A DNA stretch of 64,000 nucleotides from the NCBI GenBank assembly GCA_951406725.2, contig OX597818.1:72044001-72108000 (forward strand). The letters are read 5' to 3'. The notes beneath the pieces are model-generated. The model was given only the letters and a program-made list of their open reading frames with translations. It ran no database searches and was not told the DNA's origin. Shown piece by piece: positions 23,921 through 37,734 of this stretch; position 1 is the stretch's first letter, and every line of letters begins with the position of its first letter. The position numbers and the translations under genes are program-made. The DNA is from Octopus vulgaris (taxonomy: Eukaryota).

Positions 23921-24329
23921 TATTTCTCTATGAAGGCCTTCATAAAGAATCAGTAAATTCTGATCACAATTTGTTGTTCACATGAAATAAACTTCCTTTT
24001 CCTCACATTAAACAGATGTGGCAGGATTGGCAGAATGGTTAGAGCATCTGGCAAAATGCCTTGTGGAATTTCTTCTCAGTATTTATATTCTAGGCGTACT
24101 CCGAGGTCAGCTCATCGAGGTTGATTTTGACTTTTATTATTCCAGCCACGATATAATAAACAATCATTCAAATAGATGCAATTGATTTGGTTCCCCTCTC
24201 TACAAAACTATTGCCCTTCTGCCTTAATCATGAGCAATTAATATACAACACATATTGTATCATCAAGGCGGAACAACCGCCCTATACAGCAAAAACTTCT
24301 AAGGATCTTATTAAAGACGTTGTACCCAG

Positions 24330-24766
<437 letters not shown>

Positions 24767-24776
24767 ATATATATAT

Positions 24777-24872
<96 letters not shown>

Positions 24873-24891
24873 GCATATATATATATAAATA

Positions 24892-24932
<41 letters not shown>

Positions 24933-24934
24933 TG

Positions 24935-25372
24935 CATTGGGAGAAGAAGAAACGAAACGTAACGAAACGAATCGAATCGAATCGACGCGAGGGCGCTCAG
25001 TCATACAATAGTGTAATAAATAAAATATATGCATACATACATATATATATGTACGTACCTACATCTACATGTATATATACATGCATATATAAATATTTAT
25101 ACGTGAGTACAGGACACCACAAATAGACGCAGAACTCAACGAGAACGAAAACGTAAAAACAAGCATGGAACGGACCTTTCTTTACAACGAAAAAACAGAG
25201 TACAAGACAAACTACACAAGGAAAAATCCCCTTCATCAGCTGTCCCTAGTTCAACTCCAGCGTGTTTCGAAGGTGAGGACAGAACACGACTCGTCGAACT
25301 AGCCCTTCCTGCGAAGAAATTAAAGAAAATTACTTCGCAGAGGGGTAAAAACAAGGAAAGAACAAAATATAT
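24935..25372 (-). mobile_element. Family P1 repeat (probable Penelope-like pseudo-LTR relic)
   Basis: 24940-25225 is nearly identical to 39830-40085 and related to 9440-9665. Confidence 0.6.
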
Positions 25373-25382
25373 ATACATACAC

Positions 25383-25930
25383 ATGGTGGCTGCCTCCTCG
25401 TTAACGAATATGCCCATTGCACGAAGCTTAATCAATGTTGTTAGCGTGCAATGCCTGTGCAAGAATATTTTTTTTGGAAGTGAGGAAAGTTTGTGCACTG
25501 AGTCAATCCCACTCACTAAGCAACAGCAGCCATAATCCGAAAAGAAGAACAAGTCAACATCATCGGTATCCACTGAGCCGCAGGTTTTATGTTGGAGTTA
25601 TCCCAGTTACCTGAGTTACCTTCTCCTAGAAGGATGCCCTAACAAAGGCTAGGAGTCCTTCACTCTCAACGGTTTAACCGCGCGATCAGGTATTCAGTCC
25701 GATTATTTCTATGTCCCCGCACATGATACAGCCTTAAGACATTTATTGGATGGCCGTTGATCTCAAATTTCCTCCGCCCTATGACGGGTTTTCATCCCGC
25801 AGGGTGTCCAATAAACACCCACCTCACCAAGCAAGCTTGGTGGGGTTGCCGGTTTAGTCGCCGACGACCCGACCATGCAACAGGTTGTACTGGGTTACAT
25901 ATTACCAGTAGCACTTGGAAGTGACCTGAC
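25383..25930 (-). mobile_element. RTE 5' UTR-derived element with a highly structured head
   Basis: Contains GGGCATCCTTCTAGGAGAAGGTAACTC, similar to the RTE 5' UTR block ..CTAGGAGAAGGAAAACTC. Partial copies lie at about 31110-31165 and 33133-33185, and the head is shared with 12098. Confidence 0.6.
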
Positions 25931-26103
25931 ATATATATATATACATACACATACATACATACGTACATACACACATATATATATATTAATTATATTTTTT
26001 TAAATAATTTTGTTATATATTTAAATAATATAAATTAATCATATGTATTGGCTTAAGTTTTTCATTGTTTGATTTGCCTAATAGTGGTTTTGTCTCTAAT
26101 TTA

Positions 26104-26149
<46 letters not shown>

Positions 26150-26202
26150 ATGTATGTGTGTGTGTGCGTGAGTGTGTGTATACACATGTTATATTACTAC
26201 TA

Positions 26203-26581
26203 CGGCACTCCATCGGTTACGACGACGAGGCTTCCAGTTGATTCAATCAACGGAACAGCTTGCTCGTGAAATTAACGTGCAAGTGGCTGAGCACTCCACA
26301 GACACGTGTACACTTAACGTAGTTTTAGGGGAGATTCAGCGTGACACAGTGTGTGACAAGGCTGGCTCTTTGAAATACAGGTACAACAGAAACGAGAAGA
26401 AAGAGTGAAAGAAAGTTATGGCGAAAGACTACAGCAGGGTTCGCCACCACCGCCTGCGGGCGCCTCGTGGAGCTTTGAGTGTTTTTGCTCAATAAACACT
26501 CACAACGCCCGGTCTGGGAATTAATACCGCGATCCTATGACGGCGAGGCCACTGCCATAACCACTGGGCCATTGCACCTCC
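26203..26581 (-). mobile_element. tRNA-derived SINE family B, tail type 2
   Basis: Same head as 9770-9959 but a different 3' half (TACCTGTATTTCAAAG...GTCGTCGTAACCGATGGAGTGCC) and a short (TAG/TAA) tail. Confidence 0.85.
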
Positions 26582-26841
26582 ACACATGTTATATAGATCA
26601 CGATAATAAAGGTGGTTAACATCTGTATTTGAGAACATTCTTTTTGTTTAAAATGCACTAGGTTAAAGTGTCGATTTGTGTGTGTGTATGTGTGGGGTGT
26701 GTGTGGGTGTGTGTTTGTGTGTAGTTGTGTGTGCGTGTATGTGTGTGTGTGTGTGTGTGGTTTCTGCTTGTGTGCATGTGTCTATGTGTAAGTGTATACA
26801 TTTATACATATATATATATGTGTGTGCGTGCGCACGCGCGC

Positions 26842-26885
<44 letters not shown>

Positions 26886-27180
26886 GCATGTATATGTATA
26901 TATATGTATATATACATGTATATGTACATATATATATATGTCAATATATACATATATATATGTATTTATATATATATACACACATTAACATAATTATACG
27001 AAGATATGTCTGACTGCGAGCATATGTGTGTGTGTGTGTGTGAGTACGCGCGCGCGCGTATGTGCTGGAAGTATGCCTATACATTTATTTGCACACACTG
27101 CAAGCGAGCATGCACAAACACATACACACTTACAAACGCGCGAAGGCCACAAACACGGCCACACACACACACACACACAT

Positions 27181-27211
<31 letters not shown>

Positions 27212-27457
27212 CACACATACATACTACACCAGGAACTTTTTTCACCAAAATATTTTTCCTCGCATTCACTTAAAAACATGAAGCATTTTAAACTGCTGCC
27301 TCCTCGACTTCTGTGTGATAACCACTCACTTTATACTCGCCATTCTCCTCCTTCACCACCACCTTGGCCCGGTACGAAACTACGGCTGGTAGGTAGTCAT
27401 TTAAATAATTACCTTACTATCATGAGACTCAGAAGTGATCAGATTAACACGTGTTAT

Positions 27458-27476
27458 TGACATCACAATGACGTCA
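27458..27476 (+). promoter_or_regulatory. Paired CRE-like motif TGACATCA-CAA-TGACGTCA next to a CACGTG E-box
   Basis: Motif match only; 18/19 identical to 55101-55119 (minus). Confidence 0.35.
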
Positions 27477-28248
27477 TAGAGTTTAGAAACTGGAGATCAT
27501 GTTAAAAGGAACATATTTAGCTGTTTATATAGTTTTTGTTTTATATATATATCATATGTGCGTGCGTGTGTGTATGTGTATGTGTGTTTCTGCTGCTTCA
27601 GTGTGTTTTATGTGTTTTTGTAAATTTTTGTTTCGTTTATTTGTACATTTATTACTTCCTTGATCTATTTATCATCACAGTATTGTAGCGTATGCTGTGT
27701 TGCGTTCATATGTTTGTATGCATGTTTGCTTATTGATATATCTCAATATATTTATATGTATTTGTACATATATATGTATACACACACAGAAACAAATTAA
27801 ACATACGCATACACACCCAGATATATATATATGCTTATCTATTTGCATATATATATGCATATGCATATATATTTATATATTGATATATTCTATATGTGTG
27901 CATATGTATATACATATATGTATATAAATATTATATATATATATGTACATACATATATTTATATCTTATATGGGTGTATGTATATGTGTGTGCATGTGTG
28001 GGCATAAATATACACTCATAAATATGAACACACATGCAAACACAGTCATGTAATGTGTAGTTCTTTCATGCATTCATAGTTAAGAATCTGCGTAGTTATC
28101 TATCTATTTATGTATGTATGTATGTATGTATGTATGTATGTATGTATGTATGTATGTATGTATGTATGTATGCATGTATGTATGTATGTACGTACGTATA
28201 AATACGTATGTATGTATGTATGTATGTATGTGTGTGTGTGTGTGTGTG

Positions 28249-28654
28249 TAGGCGTGGCTTTGTGGTAAGACGCTTGCTTCCCAATCACATGGTTCCGGGT
28301 TCAGTCCCACTGCGTGGTACCTTGGGCAAATGTCTTCTACTATAGACTCGGGTGGATCAAAGCCTCGTGTGTAGATTTGGTAGGTAGAAATTAAAAGAAG
28401 CCCATCGTATACGCACATATATATTTATATGTCTGTCTATGTATGTTTGTGTGTCTGTGTTTGCCGTCCCATCATCGTTTGACAGCCGATGCTTGGGTGT
28501 TTATGTCCCCGTAATTTAGCTGTTCGGCAAAAGAGACCGATAGAATAAGTTCTAAGCATACAAAGAATAAGTCATGGGGTTGATTTGTTCGACTAAAGTG
28601 GGTGCTCCAGCATGGCCGCAATCAAATTACTGAAACGAGTAAAAGAATAAAAGA

Positions 28655-28655
<1 letters not shown>
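28249..28655 (+). mobile_element. tRNA-derived CORE-like SINE family C
   Basis: Head GGCGTGGCTTTGTGGTAAGA...GGTTCAGTCCC, CORE-like ACCTTGGGCAAATGTCTT, an internal microsatellite and a tail ending GCTCCAGCATGGCCGCA...GAAACGAGTAAAAGAATAAAAGAA. Confidence 0.85.
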
Positions 28656-28685
<30 letters not shown>

Positions 28686-29713
28686 TGTATGTATGTATGT
28701 ATGTATGTATGTATGCATGTATGTATGTATGTATGTATGTATGTATGTATGTATGCATGTATGTATGCATGTATGCATGTATGTATGTATGTATGTATGT
28801 ATGCATGTATGTATGTATGTATGTATGTATGTATGTATGTATGTATGTATGTATGTATGTATGTATGTATGTACGTCGAAGGGATGACACAATATCGGTA
28901 AAGGAATTTAAGAAATTTGAAAAGAAAATACGAAATCGGTTATGTCTCCAAAAACAATGTCACTACACACAAAATTTTATAACGTTTTTCTAACATGACG
29001 GTTTAAATATAACACATATAACACAAATCTTCTGTAGTTTTTTCACACTATTTTTTCTTCAATATATATTTATGTATGTATGTATGTATGTATGTATGTA
29101 TGTATGTATGTATGTATGTATGTATGTATGTATGTATGTATGTATGTATGTATGTATGTATGTATGTATGTATGTATGTATGTATGTATGCATTGTATAT
29201 ATATATATAAATGTGTGAGAGGGTGTGCATATACATACACTGTAGCCCAAGTATACATACATATAATTTAATATCATCTGGATAAAAACCTTATAACGTG
29301 CATGTAAAAATAAACAGACCATAATAAATCAATGGAATCAAAATATCGGAAATGCAAAATATCAATTAATAAAACCTCAAATTCGGTCTTTTCTTTGGCA
29401 TTAACATGTCTTGCTTTTATGAAGATCGATTAACACTCTGAGATAATAATGTGGCCAAAATAAGAATCAAAGGGTCCCTCACCTCTTTTGTCTGTAAGCG
29501 TTTTTCTGCAAAGGAAGCGCGGTCAGTTTACTACCCCAGCGGGATACCAACTTGTCAGCCAGTCTGCTCATAAACTTAAGTTTAGCTGTGTTTGGTTCCC
29601 ATCACAGTCGCTTTACCAGTGATTAATAGATGCTATCACACATGAAGAATACACATAAATGTTCATTCACTGGGTGTATACACATAATCATATTTAAACA
29701 TATATAAAAAGAT

Positions 29714-30149
29714 ATCTATTTGCCAACGTAAGGTGTCAGTCCTGCGTAGGACCTTTTAACCCCAAGAAAATATATTTTCCAGATGGTTATCGACACACAG
29801 TCTGTATCTGAAATATACTATGAGCAAGAGAGCGTACTGTTCCTTCCTAGCCACTAGCAGTACCAACAGACCAATGGTTTCTGGGAAATTTCCCGTCCTC
29901 AGTGCTGGACAATCGCTGGTGCTGGCCCAACCGATAGCAGCTATCTCTAATCAGCGGTTGTCCAGCACCGAGGACGGGAAATTACCCAGAAACCATTGGT
30001 CTGTTGGTACTGCTAGTGGCTAGGAAGGAACAGTACGCTCCTTACTCACAGTATATTCCAGATACAGATTCTGTGTCGATAACCAGCTGGAAAATATGTT
30101 TTCCTCGGGTTAAAAGGTAGTAACTTGGTCCTTACGCTGGTAAATAGAT
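29714..30149. mobile_element. Fold-back element with long inverted arms
   Basis: Inner arms about 29751-29917 and 29951-30118 (~165 bp) around a ~33-bp spacer, plus outer arms ATCTATTTGCCAACGTAAGG / CCTTACGCTGGTAAATAGAT. Confidence 0.85.
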
Positions 30150-30236
30150 TTCACTATGAAGCATAGTTACTACTTAGATCTTATTCAGAGATTTAAAACT
30201 GGCCGTTTTACTCATAAACACACACGCGCGAATATA

Positions 30237-30272
<36 letters not shown>

Positions 30273-30318
30273 TGTATGTATGTATGTATGTATGTATGTA
30301 TGTATGTATGTATGTATG

Positions 30319-30951
<633 letters not shown>

Positions 30952-30998
30952 CACATATATCTGTACATACATACATACATGCATACATACATACATAT

Positions 30999-31111
<113 letters not shown>

Positions 31112-31217
31112 GGCCCCCCTCGTTATCGAGTATGGCCATTGCACGAAGCTTAATTGTTACTGGTGCTGTGATCGAATGTGACTTTTTAGTCCACATTTAT
31201 ATACATATATATGCATG

Positions 31218-31249
<32 letters not shown>

Positions 31250-31382
31250 TGTATGTATGTATGTATGTATGTATGTATGTATGTATGCTTGTATATATGT
31301 ATGGATGTATGTGTATGTATATATGTGTGTGCGTCCGTGTGTGTGTATACAGATTGTGTGTCGATAACCAGCTGGAAAATAA

Positions 31383-31678
31383 CGGAGAAATAGTTTGATG
31401 AAATTGTATTTAACAATAAGAAGATTCAAATATCACAACATATTGTTTCGTAACTTAAAAACATACATATTTTATATTATTATATTTAGTAATAAATAAT
31501 GCAAAAAAATTATTTTCGGTGATATTTTGCATTTTGTGTTAATGCAGGCATCTAAGTAATTTATTATTAAATATAATAATATAAATTAATGATATAGTTT
31601 TAAAACTACGAAACAATTTGTCGTTATATTAAAATTTTCTTATTGCTAAATAAAATTTCATCGAACTATTTCTCTGTC
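31383..31678. repeat. AT-rich fold-back with ~80-bp diverged inverted arms
   Basis: GAGAAATAGTTTGATGAAATT...TTGTTTCGTAACTTAAAAAC pairs with GTTTTAAAACTACGAAACAA...AATTTCATCGAACTATTTCTC. Confidence 0.75.
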
Positions 31679-32679
31679 ATTTATAACATTATATAGCCCT
31701 TATCATTTTCTCTTATATCATACTATATATTCTATGTTTTGTAGAATGATACATTAAGAAGCTTTCTTGTGAGTACTAACGGATTAATTGAACCCATATA
31801 TTTTGACTTTAATCCCTGTTTGTATATATGTATACAACATTAAAGACAACAGAGACAACAACATTAGAGAATTTTAGCTCTTATTTCTAGCAATGTAGGA
31901 GTTTCTAACACTCTAGTCGCATTTAGTGACAATTATAGTTTTCCTTTTTGGTAAAACATTGCAAACGGCTGTTTACATTATATTATATATATCCAATGAG
32001 ACCGATATACATACATTTATACATTTATATATAAACACTCTTGAGATACGTGGATACACGCATACATGCCTACACACCCACACACACCTACACACACCTA
32101 CACACCCATATATACCTACCCACATACTATTGACGATTCTTTTCTTTTCATAGCGTTTGGTTAAATCAATAGTTCTCACTCGCACACATCCATTATACAT
32201 ATTCTTTTATTTCACATGTACATATATCTGTATGTACCTACATGTATCTCGCTAAAGATATTCCCATTTTTGCTCTTATCAATCTGCATCTCTCTAGGTC
32301 GCTCTATCAATCATTTTCTTTTTACGCTATAACATTCCGTGAACGTAAACAAGTCCATTCTCTAGTCAGTTCCCATTCGACTAAACAACTGCACCTGACA
32401 AATCAGTTATGAGTTTATACAATTTAGATGGACAACGGTATAAATAATATAATTTAAGTATACCAGTAATAATACTGATGCTGAAACATTATAATAGCAT
32501 ATTCGAGTACTTAACGGATTGATATAACTAAAATATCATAGTTACATTCAAATTATTACAAATATGACATAATTCAGGTAAACAGCAATACAATCTTGCC
32601 CGTAGAAGTGATCGCCAAATTTAAACTACATTTTCGAGTAAATAAAGGATTGATATAATATTGAATATTACATATTCTT

Positions 32680-33010
32680 TCTACTTTTTGATAAATTCGG
32701 TAATGTTTCTCTTGGTGTTTCTTAGTCTTAAACTCACCACAAATATAACAAAAGTTATCCTGGTTTGCTGTACATCTTCTGTATATCCTTGCTGCAAATG
32801 ATGTAGAGGGAGGTAAGTTTTCGGAAATGTTGATAGCAGAAAGCTGGTGCAAATGTTTGCCACAAACTCACTGAACAAAACACATCAGGATTTTTCAGAG
32901 TTACCTATCTCCTAGGTTAGGTACATTCATCTAGATTTAGAGACCAATCCAGCCTGGTAAGGTAAACGCGAGCCTGGGTGGCAAATCAAAAATTTCTAAA
33001 GCCATACATA
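32680..33010 (-). mobile_element. DNA transposon N-terminal relic, Chapaev3-like zinc finger
   Basis: RRCTANQDNFCYICGEF...(frameshift)RNITEFIKK resembles the C....D.FCYICG....RNIT.FVKK N-terminus I associate with Chapaev3 transposases; the family name is from memory. Confidence 0.5.
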
Positions 33011-34026
33011 AAAATATGTAATTGGATAGTTGTTGACTCTTCTGAATTTATCCACCGTCTGTCGCGTCTTGTTTTTCATTCCTCTGGGTGTCCAAAGACA
33101 ATCGTACATTTCAAGCAGTCTTGGTAGGAGCTGCTGGTTTAGCTGCTGACGGCCCGACCATATAATAAGTTGTATTGGGTTACATCTTTACGCTCTGAGT
33201 TCAAATTTCGCTGTGGCCGACTTTGTCTTTCATCCTTTCGTTGTCAAGAAATTAAGTAGCAATTGATGTAATCGACAATCATCCCTCTACCAAACTGTTG
33301 GACTTGTGCAAAACTTTTATTGCTATTGTTGTTGTTCATACTGTTGTAGTTGTCCTCGTCGTCGTTCTTCTTGCTGTTGCTGTAGTATTTGTCCTCCTCT
33401 TCGTCATTACTGTTGTTAGTGCTGCTTCTCTTACTGTTGTTACTAGTTAGTTCGAGGTCAGCCCTGACCACCACACTAATATTCAAAGACATTCCAACCA
33501 CGAACGATGTATACCTTGAACTATATTTTCAAACGTGCATTGTTTTGTTTAGCTTTAGATACAAGCAATATCTAGCTGCTATTTCTTGCAAGCCGAACGA
33601 CCATATGGATTCTCACTGACCGAGTTGTCTATTATCATGTGTCACAAAATAATTAAGGATTCCGGTCTGGAAAAGAACATGCGTAAAGTTCTTTCATCCA
33701 TGGATCCTAGTACCTTTAATATCTTGTTTAAAGCTTGATATAAGAGCAAATTGTACGTGTCTACCAAGAGATTTAGAGTTAACAGACGACAAGATATAAG
33801 TGTAATTAAGTGTAATAATTGAATGAACAGCAAAATGGATGCTCAACTGCTAATATAAACTACAAGGAACATACCAAAAGGAACTCGTTATAAGCAATGC
33901 GCTTGAAGCAACATGCTAGACTGAACTGCTTGCATTAGCAATTATTAAAAGCATTTAATTAAATGTAAAGTAAACTACGTCTCTCTCTCTCTCTCATACA
34001 CACAGACACAGACACACGCACGCACG

Positions 34027-34094
<68 letters not shown>

Positions 34095-34679
34095 TATGTG
34101 TGTGTGCGTATACAGAATGTATGTACGTAAAGGTTCTACGTCTGTTAGACCTGTCAATATTCGATAATTGTCACTAATTATTAATGAAGTGTAATTAACT
34201 CAATTACAGATAAACGTTGCGTTAGGAAATAAACATGAACCAAATAAAATGTTATAATTTATATTTTATTTTTCTGAAGACAGCAAATTGAAGAACCATC
34301 GCGGTGGTTGAGTTGATCGGGTGGTGGTCAACGACCAGAAGGGTCAATGTTTCACACCACCTCATCAGTTTTGCTATACATTTTAATTCAGTTATCTCAG
34401 TCAATCTAGATGTAAGATGGCTTGATCATGAGTTAATTTAAGGAAACTAAGAAGCGACTAATCAATTGAAAATGCTGAATTCATCGCCCCACCCCATCAG
34501 TGCTCAGCTGGTACTTATTTTGTGTATCACGGAGGAATGAAAGGAAAGTTAGCCTCGACTGAATTTCAACCCAGAACGTAAACATTGCCACTAAGTATTT
34601 AGTCCGGCGTCCTAAAAATTCTGCTAGTTCGCCACCTTAATAATAATACTAAGAGTATATATAAAAACTAATTCTGACT

Positions 34680-35066
34680 GACGCTGCAGAGAAGCACCTA
34701 CATTGCTACTGATGAAAAGTTAAAAACCCTTAGAGCCATAGGGAAGTGCATGTCCATATACTGAGAGGAGAGATAACCGTCGCACAGCGAGAAAGATCAT
34801 TATATTAGTCCAGTGTCGCTTAAAATTAAAGCTCATCAGTAGTGATGATTCCTTCACTGGATGGTTTGGATAAATCCTGACTGTCATTATATGGAGTAGT
34901 CACTACAGATAAGCTTTAATTTTAAGCAAAACTAGACTAGTATAGTGATCTCACTAACTTTGGGACGGTTATCACCCATATCAGTATATGGACATGTGCA
35001 TCCTTGCGGCTCTAAGAGTTTTTAACTCTTATTTCTAGCAATGTAGGTGCTACCCTCTACCGTCAC
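34680..35066. mobile_element. Fold-back element with ~170-bp diverged inverted arms
   Basis: Arms at about 34680-34851 and 34893-35066 (AGCACCTACATTGCTA/TAGCAATGTAGGTGCT, CATGTCCATATACTGA/TCAGTATATGGACATG, GCTTAAAATTAAAGCT/AGCTTTAATTTTAAGC). A related end lies at about 31875-31950. Confidence 0.8.
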
Positions 35067-35155
35067 ACAATTAGGGACAATTGAACTTTTCCTTTTTGGT
35101 TTTATGTTGCGTATAGCCGCCTTCGTTATCTTGTATATATATATATATATATATA

Positions 35156-36430
35156 CGAGGGGCGTTCAATAAGTAATGCCCCTGACCCACTTCCCATAGC
35201 AGTAGAGCAACGAAACTTGGCACAGTTATTAGTCTTTTTCTACATAGGAACCACCCAGAGTTACGCATTTCTCCCATTGCTTGATGCAGCTCTGGAGACC
35301 GTTTTTGTAAAAGACCCCAGCTTGGTCCTCCAACCTGAACGTGACTTCAGAAATCAAGGCTGCATCATCTGGGAAATGCTTTCCTTTCAAAAACAACTTC
35401 ATGACTGGGAAGAGGTGAAAATCAGAGGGTGCAAGGTCAGGAAAGTAGGGGGATGGGGGAGGAGTTCATAGCCATACGCCTGTGCTTCTGATCTGGCGAC
35501 AAGCGAGTTGTGAACCGGAACGTTGTCCTGCAGGAGGAGGATGCCTTTGCTGATCTTGCCCCGCCTCTTAATTTTGATAGTTTCTCTTAATTTCCTCAAA
35601 AGTGAAGCATAATAGGCTCCTGCAATTGTGTGGTACCCTTTGCCAGGAAATCTGTCATCACTACTCCGCACTGGTCCCAGAAGACTGTGAGCATAACCTT
35701 GTCAGCGGAGGGCTGCACCCTTGTCTTCTTTGGAGGAGGTGAGTCACGGTGCTTTCACTGCATTGACTGGGCTTTGGTCTCTGGATCATCGTGATGGACC
35801 CAGGTTTCATCCTGTGTAATCAGTCTTTTGAAATATTTTGACTCATCTTGGCACATCTCCAAATTCACTCTCGAGCACTCGATGCGTTCTTGCTTCTGGA
35901 AAGGCGTGAGCAACCTGGGAATCCATTTGGCAGACACCTTTTGCATATGCAAATGGTCATGAATGATAGTTTCCACAGACCCGGTACTAATCTTGACCTC
36001 ATGGGCTATTTGGCGAATAATTATGTGTCGATCTTCCAAAATGGCAGCCTCAACTTGACGGACAGATGCCTCATTAATGGCAGAAGGGGCGACCAGATCT
36101 GGGAGCTGTTTCCACAGAGTTCCGACCATGTTTGAATTCACGATGCCAGAATTTTACAAGGTCATATGATGGGGCATCATCACCATAAGTTACTTTCATT
36201 TCATCAAAAGTCTCCCGTTGTGTGCGTCCTTTCAAATACAAAAACCGGATCACTGCTCGACACTCAACAGGCTCCATTTCACACTTGACTCGGTTCAAAC
36301 ACCTGTAAATCAGAAACCACAATTAATTCAGAGCTTACTCTATAGAGATATAAATGATTGCACATGCAAAATTTCAGCTAGATCAAACAACTGCAAGTGG
36401 GTCAGAGGCATTACTTATTGAACGTCCCTC

Positions 36431-36431
<1 letters not shown>
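35156..36431 (-). mobile_element. Full-length defective mariner (DD34D) transposon
   Basis: 37-bp TIRs CGAGGGGCGTTCAATAAGTAATGCCCCTGACCCACTT (2 mismatches) inside (TA)n. The transposase runs from the ATG at 36277 with RSGRP, WIPRLL, TQDETW, LQDNVPVH and (Y)SPDLAPSDF-like motifs, several frameshifts and a stop. Confidence 0.95.
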
Positions 36432-36479
<48 letters not shown>

Positions 36480-36485
<6 letters not shown>

Positions 36486-37043
36486 AGGAACCACAATATT
36501 CTACAAACAGCCAAACGCCTTCTACCAATTCTACAGCAGTCCCCATGTCTCCGACAAATAATCAAGGAACAACAAGTAATCAACAGCCGAAGGTAACCAC
36601 CAAATTTTAAGAAACTTCTAACCAAAGCAAAATTTGCGTCAGAAGAAGAAATAATGCAAGTTACCAAATGTGGAGACCCTCGATCTGATTTAATAGAACA
36701 GGGACCAGCCAAAAAATTCAAAAATGACAAAGAATTAAAGATGAATGCAAATATGAACTGTAAAAGCAAAAACCTGATATATTGTATCACATGCCCGCGA
36801 TGCAACGAACATTATATTGGGGAAACAAAAACGAAACTAACCAACCAAGTAAATGTGCACAGACATCAAATAAAACATCCCGCACTTAGATGCATACCAT
36901 CTAGCGATCATTTGGACACCTGTGCACAAGGAAAATTTACTATTTTTCCTCTTCATAAAATAAATGAAGAGAACGACCTTCTCCGGAAGGCAAAAGAAGA
37001 ATACTTCGTAAGGTCTCTGGGCCCGAAACTAAACCGGAAATAG
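36480..37043 (+). mobile_element. Penelope-like element C-terminal fragment (linker plus GIY-YIG endonuclease)
   Basis: SRR*PPNFKKLL, CKSKNLIYCITCPRCNEHYIGET, VHRHQI, DHLDTC and KEEYFVRSLGPKLN; 5'-truncated at (TA)n. Confidence 0.9.
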
Positions 37044-37283
37044 TCAACAACAATTTTACTGAAAACAACTTTCACTATATGTAATAACACGTGCTTGAAA
37101 CGTTAAGAACTGAAACGCTTGCACATCTATAAAAGCAAAAGCCACACACATTTTGTGAAATCTCTTCCCAAAGGTTAGTGCCTTTCGACTTTCTAAAAAG
37201 GTTCTTTTCTCAATCTTAACTCTTTGAGAAAAACATCTTCTCTCCAAATATTATAACTGTATCAAGCAAGTTCTCAAACACTC

Positions 37284-37357
<74 letters not shown>

Positions 37358-37358
<1 letters not shown>

Positions 37359-37730
37359 GCGGTCTGATCAATAAGTATCCGGACTATTGCCATAGTAACA
37401 AAGCTAACAATTGCACTGTAAAGCCGCTTGGCACAGATTGACCTAAAACTCTGCTTTGCATACGCACTAAATTTTAACGTTCTAGCTCACTTCCGTTGTT
37501 TACAGAAGTCGTTGGAAGGAAGGTGTGTAGCGTGTGATCGTCGTATTGACCATGACAAAGAAAGTTGTCATAGCGATACCTGCTTAGAGGCCTTAGCAAA
37601 GTTGCAGGAAGTGTATGGAAAGGAGTGTGTGAGTCGTATACAAGTGCACGAGCGGTTCAGACGTCTCCATGATGGCCTAAAGATGTCGATATAGATGAAC
37701 GTTCTCGGAGATCCGCAACCAGCAGAAGTG
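37358..37730 (+). mobile_element. Mariner 5' fragment
   Basis: TA + TIR-like CGCGGTCTGATCAATAAGTATCCGGACT and an HTH remnant LQEVYGKECVSRIQVHERFRRLHDG...ERSRRSATS. Confidence 0.75.
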
Positions 37731-37734
37731 ACTT

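Noticed and set aside
25830-25930. HDV-like or twister ribozyme in the RTE 5' UTR head
   Set aside because: I could not find a P1/P1' pair with the nested P1.1 for HDV, or the twister GTCCCAAGCCC-type core. It is kept as an unassigned structured RNA.
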